Part shown: positions 38,470-52,068 of the stretch, one piece after another | How positions within the stretch are numbered: the first letter of the stretch is position 1 | How the letters are laid out: each line of letters opens with the position of its first letter | Assembly: GCA_001655205.1 (NCBI GenBank) | Contig: LPNZ01008880.1 | Coordinates: 12,775 to 76,774, forward strand | DNA from: Lenisia limosa | Lineage: Eukaryota; Protista; Breviatea | Length of the DNA stretch: 64,000 bases | Reading direction: 5' to 3' | The notes under the pieces: model-generated | Seen by the model: the letters and a program-made list of their open reading frames with translations, nothing else | Database searches by the model: none | What the model was told of the DNA's origin: nothing | Program-made: the position numbers and the translations under genes

Positions 38470-41400
38470 AAATGATAACAAGGTAGACATGGCTGGTGTT
38501 TTCCGATATTCTCAATGCGAGGGGGGCGATTCGAGTCGTTGGGAGGCATGGAGGAAGATGGTTGACCGACTAAAGCGTTAATTGAAGCTGGGAACGGGGG
38601 GGAACGCTTTAGTGCCCCACACACTAGTTTATTGACAAATGGAGAAGGACTTGCAATGACCGATGAGCATCGCACGTTCATTTGTTTGAGAACTTCAAAG
38701 ACAGTCAAGTCGCTTGGTGCAAAAGCCTTCGAGGGTTACAACGATTGACGAGAGAGAATGTTGACACAATTGAAGTGTAAACCCACCTCCATGACACCAT
38801 GTCTGCTGATTAAATGGACTTTCAAGAGCGCGGGCGGAGATGGGAGCTGAAGTAGAAAATATCGTTAAACACTGGCAAAAGTGATTCATAAGAAACAGAT
38901 GCCGCTTTATGCCCTTAATAAGAGACAATAGCAGCATTCAATTCGCTCCAGCAAGGATCCATGATCACCTTGTACTGAGCAGAGACCGGCGGACGTGTCG
39001 CCATACACGGGATTGTGGACAGAAATGTTACGCAGGCTTGCGTGGACTGTCGAAATGTTAGATATCGCAGCGTTAATAGAACCAGGGCCTATGACCTCAC
39101 TTTTTGCGGCTGTATGTGCGGCGGCGTGTGAGAAGGAAGGGAAAAGAGTCCACCAGGTCGAGCTGTTGTGAAAAACGGTGGTACTAAGAGGTAAGGTGCA
39201 TATGAGCGTTCAAATTTCACAATCACTTAAAACTTGATCAGTCCCAGCAAACCAGGAACGGGAAGGGGAGTCATCTGATTCCATGAAAGGAGTATGAAAC
39301 ATTAGCATAAACAACATAAGAAAAACCCTGACCTGTTGAGCTATTCTATCGGGTCGGAAAGCAACCGGCCGTGTGGGGTAGGGCGCAGTAACCACGGGTG
39401 TAGGATTCTGAATCGGACGCGGAACTGGGGGTGACGAGTTAAATATTCGGGTCTGCGGCTGCGGCTTTGGGGACTCAACGGGCTGGAGGGAGACGGCCGG
39501 AGGAGTCACTGTTCTCTCCCGTTCCGGGGCGACTACTTCTAGTTTGGGTTGAGGCTGCGGCACCGGGGGCTTTGGCTCGGACTTGGCAACTTCAAATATG
39601 AGGAATGTAAAATTTATCCGACTGTGGACAGCTTCGACCAGATACCAATTTCATTTCTCATCTCTACGTCCCCCCCCCCNNNNNNNNNNNNNNNNNNNNN
39701 NNNNNNNNNNNNNNNNNNNNNNNNNNNNNNNNNNNNNNNNNNNNNNNNNNNNNNNNNNNNNNNNNNNNNNNAGGTATCGGAGAACGAAATTATCTGAAGA
39801 AGTAAGCGGCTTGGCAATTATGGAGTATATCCTCTGCCCAAGCCTACTTTGCGGCACCTTCTGGTCGTGCCTCATGATGCGAATGGAGGCATGGTTGGGC
39901 TGCGGGTTCGATACTTTGGAAGTCAGGTACGTTCCAGGAACATCTGTGGGGGAGGTGAGGGAGCAAAATTCATGAAACAAACAAAACAAACAAAGCCCAG
40001 GCCAGTGGGAGGGGTAAAAACAACTTTTTGGGTAGATATTAGCCAGGGAAGAAAAAAAACCAAAGTAAAACGGGCACAATCAAGAGTGTGTGCCTACTTT
40101 GAAGGACTTCTTCCTTAGAGCCGAAGCCATAGTCCTTGGCCTTGCTGACTAGTGGTAGCAGGGTCGGTAGCTTGACTCCCTAAAGATATAATAAAACACG
40201 GCACGGGTATGGCATGTCAAAGATAAGAGGAAAACGTAGCCTACCTCAACGTATTTCTTATTAATTTCTTTTCGAACTTCAATTGTCAGTCTAAAGCCGT
40301 CAGAAAGCCACAAATAGGGCTTCCCTGGTCCGACCGGTAAAATATCGATAGTTATCGAGGATTTTCAGAGAAATTTAGTCTTTTTTGGGACCGTAAGCCA
40401 GCCACAAGTGATGAAACAGGGTTCCTACCCCCATTATCAAATTAACAATTACTAGTGCCCACTTTATGAACTTGGTTTTCTGAGGGGTCGTGAGGGGCAG
40501 CCAGGGGTCATATAGCACTGGACCTGCAGACAACTCAGCCTCGGGCGGCCTGAACAGTGTGAAAAGAACAATAATCCTATTAAACAGCTGCTGTTGTCGA
40601 GAATGAAGAACATATTTTCAAGCCTACTCAGCTAGTCCAAACAGTCTGTGCTTTGGGAGGAAGCCAGTGTCATTTTCAACCATCCACGGGATTGCTATGA
40701 GATCAAAAAGAGCTGAAGCACAGCGAAGAAACCCCAGGAGGAAGAGAAATGAAAAGGCTGATATTTGAAGGGGGGGNNNNNNNNNNNNNNNNNNNNNNNN
40801 NNNNNNNNNNNNNNNNNNNNNNNNNNNNNNNNNNNNNNNNNNNNNNNNNNNNNNNNNNNNNNNNNNNNNNNNNNNNNNNNNNNNNNNNNGTTGCTGCTGA
40901 AGCTGTACTTCTCACAGTCAAAAGGACCCAATCGGTTCAAGATTAAACAAATTCCTTCAAGTGGCAGCGGCTACAGGATCAAATCAGAATTATGGAAGAG
41001 GAATAAAAGATAAAAACACCCACATGGTTGGAAAGCAAAGCAAATAATGAGACCAACACCATACAATGGGGACAAAACAACAAAAAAAGGAATGGGGGTA
41101 TTTGTTGGTGTAGCCTCACCTCTCTGATAGCACTCATTTGTTTGAGAAGTTCAATGGAGAAGTCACAGGCAATACGTTGCGACGTTTTATTGGGGATGCG
41201 TGAAGCATTTGGAACAGCAAATAGGGCTGGGAGGATAAATTTCTTCTCAAAAAGGCTTTTCTTGATACAAATAAAAATGAACATGTTATACATACAGTAT
41301 CTAGGTTTTTCAGTCCATTCTTACGGTTAGACGTCAAGACCATTGGGGGTGTGGTTTGAAACATACAGTAGACGTCTTCACTCGGCATAAAACATATCTA

Positions 41401-43953
41401 AAGAGTCAGCACCTCAAAACAGCTTGTCCTCTTGTTTCTGTCATATCCTGTGGTTCCGGCTTGATACCGGATGGCCTGTCCCGGAAAACACAAAGAGAAA
41501 CACTGCGAAAAGGAGGAGAATGACTTGACAAAAGCAACACCCAGCTCACAGAAGATGGATTTGATTTGGGGTGGCTAAAAATACCAGGAATTGTGAGCAT
41601 CAGGTGTAAACATTCTTTTTTGCTCCACTTTTGGTAGATGCTTTTCTGGGAAAGTAAAACAAGAAAGACAACAATAAAGAGTGAGAGTCAAATAAGCCCA
41701 TCAACAAACCAGGGAATCCGGAATTTTGAACGTAGCATCGTTGATTGGGAACATTTGTGATGGCTTTTGGCTCTTCTTTCTCTGTATAATCAGGTTACAG
41801 CATTCAACCAGGCATCCAGTTTACTCCTTCCCGAGGGCCTACCTGCTTCATAACGGCATGCGCAATATTCGCTTGGGCAGATCTCAGGTGCCGCACTATG
41901 GTGTCTTGCTCCACAATCTGAGGGTCAGAAATGTTCTTTTCCGAAATTGTCCAAAAGGTGGGAGAGCGACACGCAAAATAGAAAAACATGGCCTTGTGCT
42001 CATATTCCTATCATAAATATACAAGTTCATCAGATAAAGGGGTCTTCACCCAACTAACAGGGCTGTTTTCTTCCTCTCCTCGACCTTCCGGAACAGCAAA
42101 TAAGTGGTCAGCCACCCATGTTCGTCTAAGAAAGTTAAGACGGGAATATCAAACGAAACTCAAAGGGGGTAGTGATTTTTGAGATGCTGAGACACCAAAT
42201 ACACATTGGAGTCCCCAATACCCGTTTAATGTGGCCAAGCCCGCAACCCAAATGCCAGGGTGGATGACCATAGTGTTAAGTCGCGACCGTGTGTGGACAT
42301 TGATCTTCACAAACTCCGTCCCTATAGATCATGAAGAAGCTGATTGATTTCGCTAAAATGTGTTTTGTGTTATCAGCATAATATTCAATGAGCAAGAACC
42401 AGTAGTAGTAATAGTGCCCCATGAGAGCCCTTCAAACCTCCGTCAGAGAACTCGACCTTGACCCTTGCCTCTCCCTTAGCTCCATCTGTGCTCACAATGT
42501 GCCCGAAAAATAGCATCTCATCTTCCCGTCTCGCCTGACCAATAAGAACAAGTCGTCACTCAGAAAAATAATTTGACAATACCATGGTGTTAGAAAGAGC
42601 CTTTAAAACAAAACAAAAACAAAATCTGTCTCATGAACCCCTTCTTCGCCAACATTGATAAATCTGTCTCATGAACCCCTTCTTCGCCAACATTGATAAA
42701 TACTCTTGCAATGTCAATATTGAGTCCAGCAATGCAAATGTTTGGTACGCGCTTTAGCCACGAAGCACCCTGAAGGAGTCACAGATAAAACAACGTGAAA
42801 CAAAAATATTCCGCAAAAGCCAGCTAAGACTTGACAGGAGCAATAGACATGGAATGCAACGAGATAGAGAAGCCGCATACTGGACTGTACTTCGGATAAG
42901 TCTTTCGGAAGTTGTTAACCAGTTTCATAGCTCGGAGCCCTTGCCCGCCAGAATACAAACTTTCTTTCACAAAGGAAACAAAAATGGTCTGTGCAGGGTT
43001 CTGAATACATAATGGAAAGATAATGACAGCTTCCAATGTTATTCCAAAGAATCCATGATTAATGAGAGGGGGGTTTTCCCACCAAAGAAGAAGAGGATTT
43101 TTTCGTGGTGAAGGGGCTGCTCTCGGGCCGGGTAAAGAAGTATTTGATGATGAAGTCCTCTCCCTCCTGCGGCTGCCGAGGGGCAACCCTTCACTGTAAG
43201 AAGGCTTGGAGGCTCCAAATAGGCTAACAAAGGACACTCCCACCCCACTTTTCTGTTTTTTTCTCTGTTTCGACTTTAGCTTCTTCTTTGATGATATCCA
43301 TATTCTAAAGGTTGGTAAAAACAGCACATTATTCGGGAGGGAACAAGAGAAACAAAAGCAAAGTTCCAGCTTTACTTTGATGAGTGAAGGAGACTCTATG
43401 AAGGGAGCATCATTTCCACAGGCAGCCGCAATAATAGGCAAACTAGCAGCATTTGGGACAAACACCTGGTTCGAATGAAAGGAATACAGGAATATACCGA
43501 CCCCAGCATAACTATATCATAACTCTCATCACTATTGCATTGTCCATTCTCAAATGATAATCCCATAAATCAGCTGACCTGGCTGTCGTTGATGATTTCG
43601 TCTTCTTCATCACTGGATATGTAGAGGTCTTCAACACTGTAGCCCAATGACAGCAGCTTCATGTTCTTCTCCGCAATTGAGGCTATGGATGTGAATATAC
43701 CACCTTTCTCTCACCTATCATTTTCAACAACAGTTTCTCAGAAACAGCTCCAACCGTCTGTCTACTTGGAATCAGACGCAGGGGGATCAGATCATTGTGA
43801 CTATCTTCCTGAATCACATCTCACACATAAAATAAAAAATAAAAAACAATGACTTCCCGCGCGAAAGAGGCAAATGCAAAAAAAGGGAGAAGAAATGGAA
43901 GAAAAGTTCCCCGGTCCAAAGTCTTGGACTGGACCGACGGTTGGACCTTCCAT
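38470..43953 (-). CDS. Large unidentified intron-rich gene (possibly two genes); ends approximate
   Basis: Many in-phase GT-AG exons: MEGPTVGPVQDFGPG..., acidic ISSDEEDEIINDSQ, beta-rich MLFFGHIVSTDGAKGEARVKVEF...HPGIWVAGLATLNGRTWVADHLFAVP, SLFEKKFILPALFAVP, Pro-rich PQPQPKLEVVAPERER. No family recognised. Confidence 0.5.
42622..42697 (-). repeat. 38-bp tandem duplication at an exon/donor junction
   Basis: AAATCTGTCTCATGAACCCCTTCTTCGCCAACATTGAT at 42622 and 42660. Confidence 0.9.
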
Positions 43954-44272
43954 GAAGGGCCCGGCTCGGGGAAGAAAACATTTCAGCCCGGTCGCGGTGA
44001 AGGATTAGTAACTCTTTTGGTACTCTTTTGAGATCACTCTATAGTTGCTCTACGGCTGTTGTGTAAAAATTAAACCCTTTTAACATTTCAAATGAGGCTC
44101 CAATGTTAATCAACTCACGACATTCCAGTGTTACTTTATAGTATCACTTCCAAGCCCTCTTAGCCGCCTCGGGGCAAACTTAATGGACCTAAATTAGTTA
44201 AAGATACCTAAAGAAGGTTAGTGTTTTGAATCCGACTCAGCGGACCCCCTAAGGGTCCACCTGTCAACACGT

Positions 44273-47200
44273 ATGAGGCAGAACCTGAGCCTCAACCTCG
44301 ATGGGATTAGGAAGAATGATCTTGAGGTCATTTCTGAGGGTACCACGCCGACACCTCTCTTTGAGAAGTCTACAAAGCCAAAAACAAAGTAGGAATTTCT
44401 CTGGTTGAATCCGTATTGCCTCTTTTCCGCGGAGTTTTTCCTGACTTTTTCAGGCCATCTGATGCTCTTCCTTCCTCAATGTCACTTTCTGGTGCAGCAG
44501 GCATATCGGTAGGTGGGAAACTATCACACTGATACTTGGCATAAATATCACGAGGAAGATGTGGCGGATATGTCGTAGCTTATGTCGGGAATGGTGGATC
44601 CAAGGTAATCAAGCTTGAAATTCATGAATAATCACCTGTGGTACTCTGGAGTGTTTTATAAGGTGAGGAAGATAGCCCTGAGAAGAGTGTGTTGTTGCAA
44701 GATTGATTGGAGGCTCGGATTTGGTTGACCAATTGAATGTTTGTAGCAGGGTTATTCTTTCTTAGACAATGGTGTTGCTCTGTTAATGGTATTTTGTAAA
44801 ATTATTAATCCATTTGTCAGTTTTAAAACTTATTTATGAGTGTCATTTAATGATTTCTAGTTGTTATTATTTATCCGTAGGTATTACTAACATTTTAAAC
44901 GTGATGGAGATAACTTCGGCAAGATCAAATTTAATTGTTTCTCATACATAAAACCTCTCTCTGAAATCACTGGGTTCGTTCAAATATAGAGAAATTTACG
45001 CATGATCACAGTCCCGCCTGTTAGTCTTGTTTTTTTTTTATTATTTGCCATTGACTCCACCAGTCCCCTGAAGAAACCCTGTTTGAGGAATCGAAGTCAT
45101 TCGGTCGACGTGTGTCCATCCTCCACATTGGGATGACTTTGGCTATGGTTGGGGAGGGGGGAATCACGATACACACACTTTGGCCTTTCTTGGGACTGAC
45201 CCAATTTTTAGGTTGCATCTGATAGTATGACCTTGAAAGAGGAATTTGGGGAAGTGACAGATCAAATTCTCCCATCTTCCATTCTTCGTGCTGGCCAGAT
45301 CTTGGCAATGCTCATTCTCTGTGTCATTTCCTTCTTCTCGAAGTTCCCTTCTTCATACTTTGTAAGCGGTTCCTTTATTTTAGCCGTTTTCTCACCATTA
45401 GACTTCGTCCAAGGTTCTTTGGAGCATATACGTTGCTTTGGCTGCTGTTTGTCTTGCATTTGGTACGGCACTCAATTCTCCTGGCGGAATTCTTGGTTTT
45501 GTTTTGTTTGATTATTTGCTTGTCATTTTTTGCGCAACTGAGGTAATAACTAATTTTCTTAGTTCCCAATAATTCATTTTGGTCGGACCAAGCAAGCGGA
45601 GTAGCGTGTTCAGTGTTTTCAGCCATCTTCTCTTCCTCAGGGCTCCTGTATTCCCAAGCTGAGGTTTGCTTTTTTCCATGCTTCGTGAAGGTGTTCATTG
45701 AACATTTAATGCCACTTCATTACAACTTCTTCTTCAATTATACTCTTGTAGTTCACAATGCGGGTGATGACTGTGGTGCTTGGACTGACGGGTTATGTGC
45801 TGGTCGTCTTCATGCCGTGGCAAGTCCCTCGTAGGGCACATGCTGATTGAATATGTCATTTGCGCGTTAATATTAACATTCCGCTGATATCCATACAATC
45901 GTTTCTGCTTTACACCTCCAGCTGGTGCCACATTCACCCTTGTGGTGGGAATGCATTTAATTGTCAACTGGGCACACGGACGCTGGTAATGGGGATATCC
46001 GTGGACTGATGCCGAAAGAGATGCGTTTTCCAAAGTCGTCCATCTTCTTGCCACTGACCGATCCAGGCTGGCGCGACAGAAGGAACGAATGGCGATAGCC
46101 TCGATCTATGAAAGAGGCCGTACTCTCATTGAACAGGAGAGAATTGACCTTTTTGTTGGGAGCGCTTTTCCAGAACATACCATTTTGGCCCTCAAGGATG
46201 TGAGTGCAGTTACTTCTTGCCGCGTCGTCGTACTTGTACCATGACTAATAACACCGCCAGGCTGGAGGTAACGTGTCGGCCGCCACTGAGTCGTACCATC
46301 AAGCTGCGATTCTCTTTGTCTACTTGGACGGTTTCGAGAACATTGCCAGAAACCAGGAGGCTAAAAATGTGGCGGGGGGCTGCTGTTTGTTTGCATTACT
46401 TTCTTCTCCCTTCCTTAACTATTTTGACTCTCAAAAGGTAACTGAAGTTCTTGAAATGCTCTTTGGCAAGTTTGATGATGAGGTTGACCTTCATCCTGAT
46501 GTTCTGAAGGTCCGAGGGAACTAATTGAATTCAGCCATGCTTAAGGTCTTCTCTCTGTGTTTTAAGTATATTTTTTGCATGCAGGATATATAATCTTGTA
46601 GATTGAGCACCTTGCAGATTGTTATGTCTGTGCAGTCGGCATCCCCCAGCCCACTTACCTCCCGGGTAAAAGGGCAATGCTGGCCGGATTGGCGCTAATC
46701 CGGCACGCCCCTTCCAGTTGGCCGTGTAAGGCTGGCGTTCACATTGGCCCCTGTGTTGCTGGTGGGGGGGGGGGTATTATGCTTCGCTGATATTCAGGCC
46801 ATTGAAATGGTCGGGGAAATAGGTGTTGATGATTCATCAGAAATTCCATATTGATGCAAACACCGTGACCATTGCGTTGAATTTCCGTCTTCAAGTGACT
46901 ATTCAGGAATTACTGGCTCCACAACCTTCCAATACTCCGTCCTGGGTAACGTAATGAACACAACGTCAAGAGTCGCCTCCCATTCGCCTCCAACCAAACT
47001 CGCCATTTCAAGGTTTGTTGCACCCAGCTCTTCCGTGTGTTCTTGCTTTCTGTCGTTTGACCATTTCAGCCAAGTTTTCAGCAGCCTTATTCACCCCAAC
47101 CTTGACACCCCGTCTCTTCCCGCTCCCCCTGCTCTCCCCAAAGGTAGGGCTTGACTTGCTTGTACTTTTCAATACAATTGGCGCTATTTCTGCATGTTAT

Positions 47201-50200
47201 ATATGGTATATATATATTGTCAAAGCTCCGGACATCATTCAAAATCTCCGGACACATCAAAACTCCCGGACAGCTTGAATTTTCCCTATAAAAGTACTAT
47301 AAACTTCATTTTCATGTTATTTTCGAAAGTAATTTCAGTCATAATCACAGGATTGAATGCGGTTTTTACATATTCTTGGCTCAAACCCAAATTAAGTCAC
47401 TTGGCTACCCGTTTGCGGCCCTTAAACTGCCACAAACAACCAAAACCGTTATAATCGGCCACATTCAAGGAATAAATGGCAACTATCCAGGAAAGTTTAA
47501 ATTCACGGTTTTTTGACACTTGCTCAAAATTAAAAAAAAAAGTTGGGGAGCATTAAGAGGTCATTTTCTCTATATATTTGTATTAAACACTACCGTTGAC
47601 CCATACAAGGGGTCAACTTCAAGCTGTCCGGGAGTTTTTATGTGTCCGGTGAATTTTGAATGCTGTCCGGAGCTTTGAGGACCCACATACTATTATATAT
47701 ATACCGATATTCTATATCGATATATAAATTTATAAATATGCATATTATATGATATATAATATGAGCTTTTTTCGCTTCATTGATTGGATTGTGTCATATT
47801 TGCAGATGGGCAGGCGGCCTTTGCAGCAGGCTTCAAACTTGAGCCAATCGACCCGGTGTGGCTGAAGGGGCTCGGATGGGCTCAGCTTCTCGTCGCGTCA
47901 GTTGACGAGAACGCAGGTACGGACCGGGTGTTTGTTTTGGCTTGTTCTNNNNNNNNNNNNNNNNNNNNNNNNNNNNNNNNNNNNNNNNNNNNNNNNNNNN
48001 NNNNNNNNNNNNNNNNNNNNNNNNNNNNNNNNNNNNNNNNNNNNNNNNNNNNNNNNNNNNNNNNNNNNNNNNNNNNNNNNNNACGCAACTATGAACCACA
48101 ACCAGAGCTTTGCAAGCGAAATCACTGAAGGTATTGCCACAATATGACAGGCCCATTTCGGAATCCTCGTTTTCCCTCGATTAACAGAGCAGCGAGATCC
48201 GCTGTCGCCTTGGATATGATCAGTGTCCCCGGTACTCCGCATTCCGACCGACGGAGCTCAGGCTTTCACGACTACAATGCGAACCGCAGAGAGTCAACCT
48301 CTTCCGGCCGCCGCACTCACTGTAAGAACGGTCCTTTTTGATTTTGTTGCTGTAAAAACGGTCCTTTTCGTCTTGTGTTGCTGACTTTGAGCAAAGTAAC
48401 CTTTCAGACTCAGCAGAAGTATCGCCCTCTCTCTCGGCTTCTCCCGCACCCGCCCTGAGCCCCGTCTCTAGTAAGCCTCCCTTCCCTGACGACTGACTTA
48501 CCCCCAGACGCCTTCCTGCCACCGTCCCTTGCGAAGTACCGGCCACGCGCCCAGTCGAGTGGCGCTATGTCCGCTCAATCTGGTGGGCTACCTGCTCATT
48601 TGCAGCTTAAAAAGGCGCCCTTACGCTTCAGACATGTCGGCGTGCTCTTCCCTGTCGTCGGTGGCATCCTACAACTCTCAGATGCCGATTGGAACGCAGA
48701 AACCTAAGGTCATTTCTTCCGCCTGGTACAGCAGCGACTCTTTGGTGGGTATTGCCCCTCTTTATTATGGAGTTGTATGGAGTTGAAGGACTGATCCTTT
48801 TCGTACCGCGTGAAGCCCTATTGTTTTGCATTACCCTTTCAGGCCTCAGCAGTGATCAACAAGATCAAGCTTCACAGAGTGACACAGTCGTATCAGCTGT
48901 CACTTGATTCTACCTTACTGTAAGTGAGATTGATAGTGAAATGTTAGTCCATCTTGAACGACTCATTGAATAGAAACGTGACCAAATCCAAAGAAAAGAA
49001 ATCGCAAAGCAATGTCAAGAAAGGAGGTTGGTGTGGAACCTGGAATTCTCGTGATTCTTTTTATCTTTTGCCGTTAGCTCATTACTTCACGCATTCTTTT
49101 TATCATTACTTCACGCATTCTTTGACCGGCCAGGATCCTCCCTTCTCAGTCCGTGTTCCTCGCACCACGGCACAGAACATTCCTATCTGCAGTCGCCAAA
49201 GTCCAACGCCAGTCATCTGCGATCCAGATCCACCACCGGTGGGCCATGCCTTCGGACTGCAATAGTGAATATCCAAGCCGGGCATTGGAAGTTCTGACCT
49301 CCCCCAGGTATATCACAGGAGCCCGATACTGAAAAGGAGGTGCTGACCCTGGAGGAGGGATTTATGGCAGAGTCTGGAATCGCAGGAGTGAAGTATGTTT
49401 CAAGTTCTTCCTCATTTTGAGTTGTCAAGTGTTGTGACTTTTCAGGCTTCTCCAACGGGTATCTCTGTCCATTGCTATCTGCGCCTTTTTATATGCTCTT
49501 TTTAGCTTTAGCATAGGAGGGTAGGCATTAAGCTGATTGTTTCAAGTGTCAACTTATCTTTCCAGACATAGAGCGTGGACAGGACTAGTTATGATGGCAA
49601 ACTCGTTGTGGATGTGTTACATCTACTTGGCCATCCGCTTTGCAACCAAGTGGATGCTGAAGCACTACCATCTCAGTTGGCGGGCCTCAAGTAGTCGACA
49701 TCTAATATGACCTGATCAGGCCCCTCAGCCTTCATCGCGTTTATTCACCGTTCAGACATCTTCCTGACAAACCTCTGGTTTCTTATTTGGAACCTGAGTC
49801 TGACATACTACGGCATTCGCTTCACTGGATATGTTGGCGGATGAGCCCTTGCATTGTTTTTGTTTTGATCCAATCTCTTGACTCACACTCTAGGATGGTT
49901 CATACAATCTGATTGTTGTCATAACCGGTTAGTCTCCAAGGTTTTTGTTTCTAAAAAGCGATCAAAGTCCTCACGGGACCAATATGACTATGAATCTGGC
50001 GCATACCCTTTTAACACCGCAGGGGCGAACGTTTTAATGTCAGCTGCACGAACGCCAGTGTACCGAATAGCCAGCATGTACTTCATGTACTGGTGGATTA
50101 GTCTGTTCTACACGTACCATTTCGACATGCCAATCAGCATTACTTGTGGGCTAGTAACACTCTTTCAAGCGCTTCCCGCCAACAATCTTGTATAACCCTT

Positions 50201-51876
50201 GTAGTGAAACGACAAGGCATCCTTGGCATTTCATTTCTGGCATCTACGATGTCAGCCTACTCATTAGAAAAGCGGCTACGCATTAGATACCTCACGCAGG
50301 CACAGGTATGCGACTTTCCCTTCCAGGCTTGTTGATACCAACCTCTCACAATGCAGCTTATTTTGGACTTCACTGCGTCGCAATCTCTTCTCAACTCCAT
50401 GCTCCCGACTCACGTGGTGAGTAAGCTGCTTGGCCATGCGGATAATGAAGAGTCCACCACCTCGAGATCCACGAACGAGAGCTCCAATGGAGTCACAATG
50501 ACTGGACGTTTCAGTGGGTGTTGAGATGCTAAATGTTCTATCGTGTTCTTGATTTCCATTCTCAGTTGTGGATCTTTCCAACAGCAACATTGACGATCCA
50601 GCCTCGCTGCACACTCAACACACCACCATCCGAACCGGCAGTGTGAGTGCTATGCAGACCGAGCGGAAGCTGTCCGTTTTGGACAACAACAGAGTCAGTC
50701 TTGCTGCTATCATGAGCCAACTCAAGGTTAGCTCCAGAGGGGATTTGATGAGATGTTGCGCCCATTTCTGCGACCTTGACAGGATAGATCGGTAGTGACG
50801 AGTCATCTGTACGTACGGAAGTGGTTGACTCCTTGAAGGACGTTTCCGTGTTCCAAGTTAGTTCCCATCAATTTATAACAGCAAACAGTCTACGGATAAC
50901 ACGTGGTAATGACTCTGTAGACCGACCTTGTGGGCTTCACCAACACTGTGTCAAAAGAAACCCCACAAAGAACATTGATGCTCGTCAATTCTGTTTTCAC
51001 TCTTCTTGATAAGTGAGCAGGTTCTCCACCATCCGTTGACGTTATCATCCTTTAGGCGTCTGGCGAAGTACCCGTCGTTGTTCAAATGGGGCACCATTGG
51101 GGACTGTTTTGTCTGCATCGGCGGCCTCCCCGGCTTCCAAGGCAAACATGAGGAGGACATCCTGAACTTTGCAATGCGGGTCACTGAGGTTGCCGGGGTA
51201 TTATGGCTAACTGCTATGGAGCTATTTCACCAACGCTGGAGTGATGGGATGCGGTACTGCAGAAGCGNNNNNNNNNNNNNNNNNNNNNNNNNNNNNNNNN
51301 NNNNNNNNNNNNNNNNNNNNNNNNNNNNNNNNNNNNNNNNNNNNNNNNNNNNNNNNNNNNNNNNNNNNNNNNNNNNNNNNNNNNNNNNNNNNNNNNNNNG
51401 CCGTCAGTCTCAGAATTGGAATCGGTCAGTTGACTGCCTTGTAATTTCCCTGGAAATATTTACCTTATTGATTAGGACGAGGGGCGTTGTCAGCAGGGCT
51501 TGTGGGTAAGCTCCGGCCGCGGTATTTGATTTGGGGAGACGCCTCATCTCAAGCCAACCATCTCGAGCAGATCTGTCCCAAAGAAGTCATCCATATCTCT
51601 GCTGCGTTGGTAAGTTACCAGGATGAGCTTTGTCATATGCGTCAGAAAAGCGGTGAATGCTGTCATGTGGGCTTGCTGTAACGTCCCAAAAAGCCAGGTT
51701 GTTGTTCAATAAGAAATTCGTTTGGGAAACCTTATTTGCGATTCAATATCAGCTAATACGTTCAGTTATCGACGACGCAGCTGAATCGAAAATACCACAT
51801 AACTGGCTCGCCGTTCCACCCGGTCAAGCACAAACTCAAGATCAAGCCCACCATTCTAGATGGCGAGGCCAAGTAG
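44273..51876 (+). CDS. Membrane class III nucleotide cyclase with two TM clusters and two catalytic domains, probably a guanylyl cyclase; start tentative
   Basis: Hydrophobic cluster at 45.2-45.9 kb; C1: AILFVYLDGF, VLKIEHLADCYVCAVGIP, GVHIGPCVAGITGSTTFQYSVLGNVMNTTSRVAS; second TM cluster at 49.6-50.3 kb; C2: VFQTDLVGFT, FKWGTIGDCFVCIGGLP, GLVGKLRPRYLIWGDASSQANHLE. Confidence 0.85.
47220..47678. mobile_element. MITE with about 60-bp TIRs in a cyclase intron
   Basis: TCAAAGCTCCGGACATCATTCAAAATCTCCGGACACATCAAAACTCCCGGACAGCTTGAA at 47220 matches the reverse complement of about 47618-47678; three CCGGACA motifs per arm; no long ORF inside. Confidence 0.75.
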
Positions 51877-52068
51877 GCAGACCTTCTTATTAATATATGT
51901 TGATTTGTTTTCACCATGTAACTTATTTAGGTATGCATACTATGTACACAGTAGAAAATAGGTATTGTTTATAGAGGAGATGTGTTATGTTGTTTTATTG
52001 TATTATATTTGAATATTTTTTTCTCATTATTGATGTATTTTAAGCTGATTCTACCCTCAATAGTTGAG

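Noticed and set aside
44273-44630. Minus-strand reading as the 5' end of the 38.5-44.0 kb gene
   Set aside because: That gene has an adequate ATG at 43953 and the plus strand gives a plausible cyclase first exon; unresolved without cDNA.
49079-49123. 24-bp-period intronic duplication
   Set aside because: Small, intronic and without an evident consequence.
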